In this document: piece by piece, positions 24,131-36,003 of the stretch
Layout of the letters: each line of letters begins with the position of its first letter
How positions within the stretch are numbered: position 1 is the stretch's first letter
Assembly (NCBI GenBank): GCA_951406725.2
Contig: OX597827.1
Location: 54,932,001-54,996,000, forward strand
Direction: 5' to 3'
Length of the DNA stretch: 64,000 nt
From: Octopus vulgaris
Taxonomy: Eukaryota
Notes under the pieces: model-generated
Database searches by the model: none
Told to the model about the DNA's origin: nothing
Seen by the model: only the letters and a program-made list of their open reading frames with translations
Program-made: the position numbers and the translations under genes

Positions 24131-27100
24131 CCTTATATAAAATATATCTTTTCTCCTTGTTTACTTAGATAAAACCCATCAATATTTCAACAGTACATAG
24201 AGCCAAAGTGAAAGTATTTTGGAAGCTAACTATATATCATGTGCATGTCAGGATGATATATATGAGTGAGTGTGTGTGTGTGTGTGTGTAATTGTATGTT
24301 GTTTTGTTATTCTTTAAATGATAAAAAAGCATCATATGTAATTTATTCAATTAAAGCCTTCAAATACGTTTGCTGCAAGTAATTAACTGAAAAAATGAAT
24401 ATTTATGACCCAAGGTATATCCACAGGTGTCCAGTAATAAAATGAATATATAGATAGCTTTCCTACTTCATAGTTTAATTGAGTCACAGGTTTGGATGGG
24501 AAAATAAAGACTTAAAACACCTGTTGCAACGTACAAGTATTCTGATATACTAATAAATAATTAACATACTTGCAACCTATTATAATGTTAAAATATGTTG
24601 AATTTATAATCATGCATCAATATGTTTCCACTCATCATCAATATTGAATACTGAATATGAATATTGAAACAGACTCCTTCTGAAGCAGTAATTTTATTTA
24701 TCGGTGAAAACACCATTAGCTTCACCTGCAAAGCTTACAGATGGCAGTGGGGGGGGGGAGAATAATGTAACATACTAGCAGTTAGGAATAATTGCTTTGA
24801 CATCATTCTTTAAATTAGCTAAACACTTTCGAATTCTAAATGATATTACATATTATATGCATCAGTTTTAGGTGGGGAAAAAGCAACAGAAAACTTGTTA
24901 CTCTTTTTCCTTCTCAGATCAGTGCTTATAATATGTATTATAATTTACCTTATGAAAAAATAAAAACTTACCAAAATCCTTCAATTCTCTTCTATGACTA
25001 TTATAGAAATTGTGCACAACACTTTTTTTTTTTTAGATATGTTCTGTTCCAATGAATAGGAAAAAACCAGTACAGGTCAATATGCCAATATTTTGTTGCA
25101 GAAAGACACCTTTTCTGCAACATTTTTCACTATATTTCCTTTAATATCCTGCATTTACCAATTGTCTGGTATGTTGTATTGTTGTTAGTTATTTTAAAAA
25201 ATCTCATTTATTTTCTCATTTTATATATGCTTTATCTGGTAATAAACACGTCTTTTATTTCATACCTGCCATATTATTACTGATCTGAAAAAGAAAATGT
25301 ACAATTTCATACCCCACCATTCTGCTATACTCACATATATGCACAGAGAGAGAGAGAGAGAGAATAAATACACCATTGCAATTGACATGAATGAAATCTG
25401 TAATGTTGTTTGGAATTTTTTTTCTATATTTTCTTAATCATATTTGAGCATCGTTAAAAGAGAAAAATATTTATAATTAATTTTCTCCTCTCTTTTTCCA
25501 CCTCATTCATTAATTGTCTCATGCTTCTGGAATCCTTACATAAAGATTGAGCTCCATGTGATGCTTCCAACTTCAGGACTTTTTTTGTGAGGATAACCAG
25601 TAGTGATTTCTCATTGCTTGCTCAAGGCCTACCTCAGGGCTTGAAGTCAGCACTATAAATTAATAAAACTTCATCAGTTACTCAATACTCCCACATGCAA
25701 TAGGTACACTGATCCCTGCTTTATTGCATGATATCTATTTATGGTTAAAAGTAGTCTCAGAAAACTGGTGGTAGTCTGTGTGGGTAAAAATTATTCAAAC
25801 AAATTCGAGAGTTTGGATAAATTTGTATGTTGTGTGGGGCAGAGGAGAGAGGAACCTTCTGATGTTCTGGAATAAATCATACAGTTGAAAATTCCTCAGA
25901 ATGTCCTCTTCCTTTACTTCTCATGGCATACAAACTTATCGGAACTCACAAACTTCACTATTTACTGTTTGGTGAACTGAGCCAATGATTGTTCAGACAA
26001 ACACATGGTATAATCCTTAACTAGATGCAAATGTTTTGAACATCCTCCACTCAGCTGTCAGGCTGGCATTGTATTCACTTGATTTTATTTGAATAAAAGT
26101 TCATTATTTTCTGAAATGTATATATTATTATTTCTCATTTGAGGCTATAGTAGAAGACACTCAAAGTGCCATGCAGTAGGACTGAACTCAGAAACATGAA
26201 GTTGGGAAGCAAGTTTCTTACCATACAGTCATACCTGCACCTATGCTGTATAGATACGGGGAAACTTCTAACAGTTACACAGATCTCAGCAGAAATAAAC
26301 GGAAATAGAATTTGCCACAAAATACGATGCCAGTCTATCATGGAATATGTAAATATGATGAATGCCAAATATTTTCATTGTAAATTCTATTATCAGTGGT
26401 TTAACCATTTCTAACCATTTTATATCTACAACTACTGGAAGTACTACTACAGATAACTATTCTTGGAAATCCTGAAGGATATTTCTTTTAGTGAGTTATA
26501 GAAGGACAATTTTTCCAAGCATTTTACTGGAAATGAAGCAGTGGTTTACATTTAAAATAAAGCAAAATGTGTTTTGATTATAATACATACATGCATTTGC
26601 TATTCAGTCTTTGGTTAACTAAATGTGAATTCGGTTTAATAATCAGAATATTGGCTTTTGTCTGGATTTATATTATATTCATCTTTTCTCTTAGCAATAT
26701 GTTATAATTATTATAATTGTATGCACTACCTGTAATTAAAATCATACTCTCAAAACAGCAACTTCTGTGATCTCTGCTTTTGAAAACACACACATACTCG
26801 TAATCATAATCATGGAAATAGATAATATAAATAAACTCAGAAAACAGCCAGTTTAGCAATGCTATAGCCTCAACATAATAGAAATAATACTCAGAATAAT
26901 AATAGTGTTGCAGATGAAAGGCATTCACTGTGTGGTTATAACATAAATCTATCTATTCATAAAATTGTTTGTAAAATGGAGAAATAAAGCTAAAATATGA
27001 AACAGTCATTCCAGTTAGGAATATTGATGTATTATTATTAAGGAAACCAACAAAGGCTGGTGGATCAGTAAAATCAGTAGAGCGTTGTTAGTATTTAGTT

Positions 27101-27659
27101 ATGTACCTTTACATTCTCAATTCAAATGCAGCTAGGATCAACTTTACCTTTCATCTTTCAGAGTTGAGAAAATCAAGCACTCCTACTGTTGATCTAATCA
27201 ATCGTACCATTCCTCCAAATGCATAGCCTTGTACCATTGTCGTTTTATAGTGTCCATTTTTTTTTTTTTTTTTATCATGTTTGCATGGGTCAGAAAGAAT
27301 TTGGTGAAACAGATTTTCTACTGCTAGATACTCTTTTTGTTGCCAGCTCTCACCTGTTTCCAAGTAAGGTAACATTTTTCCCTGTGGAGGTACATGGTCT
27401 AGTGGTTAGAGCAGCGGACTAGCAGTTGAGGGATAGCGGGTTCGAATCTCAGACTGAGCAATGTGTGTGTTTATGAGCGAAACACCTAAGCTCTATGCGG
27501 CTCCGGCAGATACCAACCTATCTGAGACAATTCCTCACATCCATTTCCATGATACAAATGTCTTAGTTTAATATAATCTAAATTAAAACCTTACATCAGA
27601 ATTCCATACTAATTTATGTTCCAAATACCAGCTTAATAATAACAAATTATTTTACTATA

Positions 27660-28020
27660 GGTGCAGGCATGGCTGTGTGGTAAGAAGTTTGCTTCCCAAC
27701 CACATTGTTCCGGGTTCAATATCACTGCATGGTACCTTGGACAGGTGTCTTCTACAATAGGTTCAGGCCGACCAAAGCCTTATGAGTGGATCTGGCAGAC
27801 AGTAAATGAAAGAAACCCATTGTATGTGTGTGTGTGTGTGTTTTGATACACACACATACTGCTTGACAACTGGTGTTGGTATGTTTATGTCCCCATAACT
27901 TAGCAGTTCAGCACAAGTTATCAATAGAATAAGTACTGGGGTTGATTCATTTGACTAAAATTCCATGAGGTGGTGTCCCTGCACGGCCTCAGTCTAATGA
28001 CTGAAACAAGTGAAAGACAA
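27660..28020 (+). mobile_element. SINE A inserted in a TTAA MITE
   Basis: The MITE halves lie at about 27530-27658 and 28025-28112. Confidence 0.75.
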
Positions 28021-28685
28021 AAGCTAAGAGATAAATTATTTGTCACATTTTTGAAATTAACTGAAACAAAAGCCATATATTTCAACAGAAATATAGTAAC
28101 AAAGGGATTAAACTGCAATATGAGCAGCTTCTGCACAGCAGTTAATTTACCTACACACTGTAGAAACAAAACCTCCCTCAACAAACTCCTTATCCACCTT
28201 TCATATAGACACTGATTTCTTCATTATTACCTCCTGGTAGTTCATGTCTAATGACCTGAACTGTTGAATTTTCATTTCTATTGTATGTATAATGCCTATC
28301 GGTGAAGTATTTATGGATATAACACAATGCTGAACTAACCATTCATGCGAAGAATTGTTGTGCTCTCAAACTTTATTATGAAAATAGCTTTATCATGCAT
28401 TACATCTTTCTTGAAGCATGTAATTTGATTATGAATTTTTATTTTTTAAATTTTGAATAGCATTTGGTTTTAAACTTTGAATAGAGTCCAAAATTACATC
28501 TTGGCATTGTATAAAAGCATTTCTGTTATTTAGCATGCCAAAATTTAAAACAATGGTGAAGTTGCAGGATTGTGTTTCTAAGTGTTAATCTTCATTCTGT
28601 TCTTGAAGCAGCAAAGCTAGTTTTCCAGAAATCTACAAGTCACTAATTTCATTGGTTATGTTACTGATGTAAAATATATCTTCTA

Positions 28686-29023
28686 ATATTTGGGGTTGGT
28701 CAATTTTTGTCGATTAAACACATGCACTATGTACTTGGTCTTCGCTTCAGCTTTATTATTATTATTTTTTTAATGTCCTTTGTCTGAAATCTTTCATCAC
28801 ACATCCTGTGACCTCTTCAGTGACTCTCCATCTCACGTGTCTCCTCCTGTTTCAGACAAAGGACACTAAAATAAGAATAATAATAATAAAGCTGTAGTAA
28901 AGACCAAGTATATAGTGCATGTGTTTAATCGACGAAAATATAACCATCCCCAAATATAACAATATCTGCTTCAACTCATGATATCACATCAGGAATCTTG
29001 CAAAACAAATGCATGAACGTGAC
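28686..29023. mobile_element. Penelope-like fragment: ~105-bp inverted repeat with a hammerhead in the loop, plus an ORF start
   Basis: Arms at 28686-28789 and 28850-28957. The right arm runs into TIPKYNNICFNS*YHIRNLAKQMHER, which aligns with the 33.7-kb fragment. Confidence 0.6.
28782..28824 (-). ncRNA. Minimal hammerhead motif
   Basis: Minus strand reads GTCa CTGAAGA g GTCAC aggatgt GTGAT GAAA gat TTC aGAC. Confidence 0.6.
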
Positions 29024-29034
29024 ATATATCTCAT

Positions 29035-29165
29035 CTGAACAAATTGACCCCAGTGCTTATTTTTAAGCGTGGTACTTATTCTGTTTGTCTCTTTTGCTAA
29101 GCTACAAAGTTATGAGGAGGTAATCAAACTAGCACCAGTTGTCAAGCAATGGTGGGAGACAAATG

Positions 29166-29201
<36 letters not shown>

Positions 29202-29790
29202 TACACACATATCAGGCTTTTTTTAGTTTCCACCTACCAAATCCACTCACAAGGTTTTGGTTCACCTGAAGCTATAGTAAAAGACACCTGCCCAAGGTGC
29301 CATGTAGTGGATTGGACCCAGAACCATGTGGTTGGGAAGCAAATTTCTTACCACTCGGCCACACTTGCACCTATGTTTGTGTGTGTGTGTGTCAAATTCA
29401 CTCACACAGCATTGCTCAGCCTGGGGCCCAAGTAGAAGAGACTTGGCTAAGGTTCCTTGTAGTGAGATTGAACCTGTAGCAGTAAAGGGAGCTTTTTAAC
29501 CACACAGCCATGCTTACATGAATCTTTCCTGACAGAGAATATTCCTCTGCAATACTGGAGAAAAACTCTGCACAGCACCTGAATTATGAAATAAACAATA
29601 TATCCTATAGGTATGTAAGGTATATCACTCTTTTTAATATCCATATAGGTGCACTTTTGGCTATGTAGTTAAGATGTTTGCTTCCCAACTAAGTGGCACC
29701 TTGGGCAAATGCCTTCTACTATAGCCCTGGACTGACCAAAACATCATGAGTGGATTTGGTAGATGGAATCTAAAACAAGTTCATCATGCA
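29035..29790. mobile_element. Cluster of three SINE A fragments (-,-,+)
   Basis: Fragments at 29035-29375, 29395-29520 and 29648-29790. Confidence 0.75.
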
Positions 29791-30509
29791 CGTGTGTTTG
29801 TGTGTAAGAGCATGTATGTGCAAGCATATGCACCTTCTCATCTTCCATGAAAACATGTCTAGACATGGGTAAATACTGCTGTGCTTGGAAGCATGTGAGG
29901 GTTACCAACAGAAAGGGCATCCCAGCCATAGAAAATCTGACTCATTGAATTCTGTTTTACCTATGCCAGCATAGGAAAACACACATCAAAGCTATGATGG
30001 TGGTGATGATATAATTTTAACCTTGGAGAGAAGGAATGGTCTCCTTGTGCCCATGGAGAGATTAGTAGCTTACAGTCATTTCTAGGATTAGTCTGTACAC
30101 TTTTGATCTATATATTTTTTTGATTTTCCAAAACCATAAAGTATTCTATGTTACATAGAATGGTATATAACAATATTAATGGGATTGTAACGGGTAAATA
30201 AACTCCTTACAAGCCAAATAAGCATATATTCGCATGCATGCTCACATTCACATATAGATGCATACACACACATTCATGCACACTCACATATATAACAAGT
30301 GAAGAATGGATGTACAGGTACCATATTTATTCTTTGGTTACAGCTGTTTCGACAACACATAAGTTAAATAAATCATTTAACAAGTTGGAAATTGTGAATA
30401 TGCTCAATGATTTTGTAACATTGGTTATATCATAAAAACCCAGGAGTGCTAACTGAGGTAACTAGGATTCCCAGATCCCCCTTCATTTGCTATGTTATAT
30501 ATATATATA

Positions 30510-30770
30510 TATCAAAATTTGATACTGATTAGAAGATCGAAAATCCACCTGAAGATTGTCGGAGCAGACATGAAACATTTGTAGTGGCAGTTTATTTAAT
30601 TTATATTAAAATTTTATGTATTGATTAAGTCTTTCCTTGTTTGGTTTTAAAATAGTGGTTTTGTCTCGAATTATATAATATAATATTTTACTATAAAATT
30701 GGATTTAACCCTAAATCTGATTTTTCCCTGTAATTTTGGATTCATTCCCTAATATTTATTATTATATATA
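30510..30770 (+). mobile_element. Penelope-like element terminal (pseudo-LTR) fragment between (TA)n tracts
   Basis: Hammerhead followed by a T-rich tail ending ...ttggattcattccct. The tail resembles the reverse complement of 6100-6160. The family assignment is inferred from the hammerhead. Confidence 0.5.
30545..30587 (+). ncRNA. Minimal type I hammerhead ribozyme motif with intact core
   Basis: CCAC CTGAAGA t TGTC ggagca GACA t GAAA C attt G TA GTGG. Stem I is CCAC/GTGG, the core is CUGANGA plus GAAA, and the GUA cleavage triplet predicts a cut after 30583. The 10.1-11.1 pair is U-U rather than G-C. Confidence 0.7.
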
Positions 30771-30939
30771 TATATATATATGAAGGGGTGCTGAAAAGTT
30801 CCTAGTATTGTAGGGGAGGTGTGAGAGTTTAAATCTGGTCACTTTTAACATGAAACATGGAGAATATATGGGCCAGATATGGCTGGATTAAATGCTAAAG
30901 TATTAATCACTTCATGGACATAATAAGAAAGGTATTCTT

Positions 30940-30978
30940 TCTCTGATGAAGACCTAACAAGACTAGAAACTTATCAGA
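30940..30978 (+). ncRNA. Degenerate hammerhead motif
   Basis: TCT CTGATGA agacctaacaagacta GAAAC tta TC AGA. The core and stem I are present but stem II does not pair. Confidence 0.35.
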
Positions 30979-32039
30979 TTGATCCCATTTTTTCTCTCAC
31001 AAAAAGATAAAAATTTTCATGTAACCATTTCGTCTACATTTCACAGCAAGACTTAAATTGTATGTTTGTTATTTTAAGAAAAAAAGTTGTTGTTGTTTGT
31101 TCCTTCTCGAGCTACACCTGGCTCATAAGGGCAGGTTTCCCAGTTTCCTTGGCCAGCAGAAGTTCACCATTACCTTCTGCTGGAGCCACATGGAGCTTAG
31201 GTGTTTCACTCATAAACATACATTGCCCAGTCTGAGATTCGAACCTGCGATCCCTCAACTGCAAATCCACTGCTCAAACCACTAGGCCATGTGCCTCCAC
31301 AAGAAAAAAAGGAAACATTTCAAATTACACCCTGCTCCATGAAATTAAAAGAAAAAACCAAAACAATACCTGCATAGTGCACAGGGAGTAAACCTTTTGC
31401 TAGTATATTTCGGTTGAAATACAGTTTTTCATCATCATCATTGTTTAACGTCCGTTTTCCATGCTAGCATGGGTTGGACAGTTCAACCGGAGTCTGGGAA
31501 TCCAGGAGGCTGCACCAGGCTCCAGTCTGATCTGGCAGTGTTTCTACAGCTGGATGCCCTTCCTAACGCCAACCACTCCGTGCGTGTAGTGGGTGCTTTT
31601 TACGTGCCACCGGCACAGGTGCTAGGGAAGGCTCATCAGCCATGATTGGTTGGTGCTTTTTACATGCCACCAGCACGGAAGCCAGTCAAGGCGGTGCTGG
31701 CATTGGCCATGTTCAGGTGATGCATTTTACATGCCACTGGCACAGGTATCACAGCTACAATTTCCATTTGATTTTTTGATGTTGATGTACTTGTTTCAAT
31801 TAATTTTTAAAATAATGAAGAATTTAGTGACATAACTTTGTCATTATTAAGCTGGTGTTTGAAAAATAAATTATCATGAAATTTTGATGGAAGGTTATAA
31901 TTTAGATCGCTTTAAAATAAGGAGTTTGTATCATAGACCATGGGTTTCTCAGGGGTAGAGTGGTATCAAATGGGTTAACCTTGTGGTTAGTAGTTTGTTA
32001 GTTTATCAACTCAACTAGCTGCCATCCAGTCACGTTACA

Positions 32040-32545
32040 TGACCAAGAGCAGACTGTGTTGGTATGGTCAAGCAATGGATGAGGACTGCTGCATCAAGAA
32101 GTGCCAATCTCTAATTGTGGAAGGAACATGTGGAGGGGGTAGACCCAGGAAGACGTGGGATGAAGATGTGAGAAAGGACCTTCAGACGCTGGGGATCACA
32201 AGGGACCAAGACTTGTGGCAGTTTGCTGTGAGAAGACCTGTCAAGCTAAGTAAAATCATGTTGTCCTTGCATACAGGCTGACCCTTGCACCTCTCTTGAG
32301 CATTCCTAATCATGCAGGCTCATGGGTGTTGGTACCACATATAAAGTACCCATGCCAGTTCCACCTAAAAACACCCTCCTGGTGCTGTATAAAAGCACCC
32401 AGTATATTCTGTGAAGTGATTGGCATTATGAAGGGCATCCAACCAAAACAGACATGGAGCCCTGGCAGCTCTTCAGCTTGTCAGCTCTTGCCAAACCATC
32501 TAACTGATGTCAGCATGGAAAACAGATGTTATATGATAATGATGT
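32040..32545 (+). mobile_element. RTE-like LINE 3' end and UTR
   Basis: RLCWYG..MDEDCCIKKC...GRPRKTW, then the shared UTR and a (GAT)n tail. Confidence 0.8.
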
Positions 32546-33164
32546 TTGGCTGCTTTCTCATTGTACCTTACTCCAAAACAGATTTTACTACTTAGTAGAA
32601 TATTGTATACTTAACCATGTTTTAATGATTAATACATATGGTTTATATTTTTACTAATAATATAAAATAAACTTGAACTTAGAAGAGTCATTCTGAAAGT
32701 TTTTGGTTTACCAAGGAAGCATTACTAGCAAGTCTATTTCCTTTAGACTAATTATAAAAGAAAGGTGATACCCTTATTTTGTGGTCATTGCTGTTTAGCC
32801 CTGAGTCAACAACCTTAGATAGAATTGGTTATTTCTTGCAGGTCAATGGGCCACATAAAGCAGCGGTTCTGAAACATTTCTTTGCTTATGAACCCTTTTG
32901 ATTCCTATTTTACTTGGGTGGACCCTCATAGTTATTTGATATTTTAAAAAAAGCTATTATATATTTATAATTAAATATTATTAGGAATTGTATTTAAAAA
33001 ATAGTTAAAATAGCTTGTGTGTTGTAATTTATTGCACAAATTTTAGCAAAAAAAATTTGACAGGGTCCCCCAAGGCCAAGTTCAGGATGCATTGAGTTGT
33101 GTAATATATGATGAAAGGTAAAAGATATTCAGTCATTTCATTGGGTTAGATTTATGACATACTC

Positions 33165-34480
33165 TGCACGAAAAAGCAGACGTATTTTAAAATCAGTCGA
33201 GAAAGTAGCTGGAACATTAGGTTCGAAGGGAGATAACTTCCGCTTAAGCAAATAAATTTGGGATATTTAAATACTGAGGTGTGATAACTAGATATGAAGA
33301 ACAAGCTATTTGCTCTGTAGGTTTCCCTTGTTGATGAATGACAAAGTTAGTTGTCGGTTATTTGATTTGAGTATGTAAAAATAAATACTGAGCAGGTATT
33401 ATTGACAATGATGGTTTTATTTTTGTGCAATAAAAATCAATTTTAGGAAAAAAAAGATTAGCTTATAAAAGCTCTTGTTTGACGATTATCATATATATTT
33501 TAGATTATATCAGTGATTATTAATAAAATAACAGCAGTTTTAAAATAAATCTAGAATTAATCAATGAAATTTAGAAGAAAATATTTATAAATAACGAAGA
33601 CTAAGTTAATTTCTGATGAGTAAATATAAAGAAAACAAAATACTATGATATTTCGTTTTTGGATTTGGTTTGCAAGATTCTTTATATGAGTTCGTGTGTT
33701 GAAGCATATTCTGTTGTGTCTGGGGAGAGTCATTTTATGTTTGTGCCTTATAATGTAACACACTCACCGGTAAAATTTCCACTTATTTCTTATTTTTATT
33801 TTCTTAAACTTTTCGTTGCGTCTTGCAACCTTTTCTATACTATGAAAGAACAGAAATATTAGCACGTTCAAAGAATAATCAGGGGCAAAATTCGGAATCT
33901 ATAAGTTAAGTAGATCATTTAATTGTTATTTGAAATTATTGATACTTTTTGCGAAAGTTACTAACCATTCTTTCTCACCTCCTCGTATTCAAAACTTTTA
34001 GTTCTTCACAGAGTTTTATAGTCTGTTTTTTTTTCTTTTTATTATTATTCAAGGGACACAACTTTAATTGGTCCGATAAGTAACTTCAGGGATTACTTTA
34101 CCTTGAACTATATTACTGTGTTAGAAGGGAAATCTAATTATATTTAAACTACTTTCACAAATAAAAATTGTTTTTAAATTTAGCTAATAGTTCATTTCAA
34201 CAGACGTACCGAAATATTGATGTTCTCGGCGAGTTATCAATTGTTTGTGATGAAATTGATTAGTTATATACATTTGTGTGTGTTCGTGTTATCTATTATA
34301 TATGTGTTGTACGTTTAAAACAACTATTTACTTCTTCAGCTGATATCTGTGATTATATAATACATATTAATAGCAAAGGTTTTTCAAAGAGTTCCTACAT
34401 GAGATACATGTATATTTTCTTTGAAATATTAGAGTCAATGCTTGGCTTCAACTCAGAACATAAGACGATAGTCGTTGATA
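33165..34480. promoter_or_regulatory. CpG-retaining AT-rich domain upstream of the ATG exon (candidate unmethylated promoter)
   Basis: About 26 CpGs in 1.3 kb by hand count, against about 7 in 2 kb at 20-22 kb. The common SINEs are absent from about 33.1-36.7 kb. Confidence 0.4.
33648..33840 (-). mobile_element. Penelope-like 5' fragment (decayed hammerhead, GTGAGT donor, ORF start)
   Basis: Minus strand reads tagaaaa g GTTGC aagac GCAAC GAAA, then ccg|GTGAGT, then MTLPRHNRICFNTRTHIKNLANQIQKR, homologous to 28943-29023. Confidence 0.5.
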
Positions 34481-34522
34481 GCATACAGTTAGTTTGGGGT
34501 TTTTTTGGTTTTTGTTTTCCAG

Positions 34523-34624
34523 GAAATTTTTCTCTGGATATGCTTACTTCCTAATTTCTTATAGACAACCAGCATTCCATCCTGCACATGTTTTTGATAT
34601 AACTTCTTATGTAAATAGCCTAAG
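34523..34624 (+). other. Possible non-coding 5' UTR exon
   Basis: Strong acceptor (ttttttggtttttgttttccAG at 34522) and a weak donor (AAG|GTGTGT). A further acceptor (aacAG, 35563) precedes the ATG exon. Based on splice signals only. Confidence 0.2.
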
Positions 34625-35759
34625 GTGTGTGTGTATATACAGTTAAGTACACCACCTCAATATATACACCAATTTAGATTGTTTGCTTAGATATAATTAC
34701 TGGCAAATATATTACACCAGAGCCAAAATATAATCTTGACATCTATCTGTGGATCCAAACCAATAACTCGTATATGTAATATCTCTTATCCTCATCCCAA
34801 CCTTCTTCCTCCTACCTCTTGCATGCTCTCTCTCTCTCTCTCCTTTCATTCATTGTTACCTGAGAAAATACAGGAGTTAAAGAAAGAGAAGAAATATGAA
34901 ATGCACAAGTAGACTTAATGCTCATTTTTCTATAAAAATATTGTAGTAAGTGGAAAGCTATGTAAGCCACTATATTACCCATTATACATATTTTTTGCAG
35001 TTATTTTTAAATGACCTGCTTTCTTCTCCTTTGTACATCCTTGCTGATTCTTTGCCCCCTATACACTTTACTAATAACTTTTGTTATTCAGCTACATTAG
35101 CTACTTCTCAACTTGAAGTAATTCATATCTTTCCCTCAGCCAACATTTTCACAAACAAAAAAGAAAGAAAAGAAAAATAAAGGATACCTTTAGAAAAGAA
35201 CAAAGCAAAACAAAACCAAAATTTAAAAAAAAACAAGATTTTAAGTTTATACTAAAAACAAAACCAAGATGCACAAAAATGTTTGGCCAAATGGACACAT
35301 ACTGATCCTTGCAGCAGCTGTTTCACATGTAGTGGGAATATTATTGCTGTATACAGAGTCTTGAAAAGCTATTATCTCTACTTATTTACTCTGTTAAATT
35401 TTCTATTACAATTGTTGGCAGTATTAAACGCAAGTTCCCATCAGCAGGGAAGAGAAAATATTATGTGAGGTTATGCAGTTAAAGGAAGCATCCACTACAC
35501 TCTAAAATACATTAAATGGAATTGCAGATATTTTCTTTCATTTTATTTTTAAATTTGTAACAGACTCAATTCTCTGTTTTCAATTTCGCGATTGAGATAC
35601 TTATGTCACCACTTGCACCGTAAAAGTCTCCTACTGTGTGTGCATTGTCTGATGTAGGAAGTTGTGGATACCTCAAGGAATCTATTACCGTGAAACCTCT
35701 AAGTTGGCGGGGTGAAAAAGATCAGGCCTTTCCATCTTTTTGGAGTGTCTTACAAAAAA

Positions 35760-36003
35760 ATGGGAATCTTTGATCTGGAAAGTAACATATGCATTGATTA
35801 CAAGGTCTTTAAGTCAACAAGTATGCAATGCATGAAAGATTCTAGCTCCTCTTGCTGCAGCAGAAGACGACAAAGTATGGATTACTCCTTATATCACAGT
35901 ACATCAGTTCCATCTCCTTCAGCCTCTGCCACCTCTGCACCACCTTTATTTGATAACCCTTTTTCCTATTCTTCTTGTTTTGCACCTGACTTTTTTGAGA
36001 AGG
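35760..36003 (+). CDS. neur: Candidate first coding exon of neuralized (Ser/Pro-rich N-terminus MGIFDLESN...APDFFEK)
   Basis: ATG in an A-rich context (aaaaaaaATGG), with an in-frame TAA at 35700. The 81-codon frame ends at a consensus donor AAG G|GTAAGT (phase 1). This matches the phase-1 acceptor at 42293 and joins as ...EK-V-NNGSYSDYPLTFH. The peptide itself is not recognisable by homology. Confidence 0.7.

Noticed and set aside
31590-31745. Repeated GTGCTTTTTACGTGCCACCGGCAC-like units with spacers (CRISPR-like look)
   Set aside because: These are internal subrepeats of the RTE-tail family, with irregular spacing, a eukaryotic context and no cas genes.
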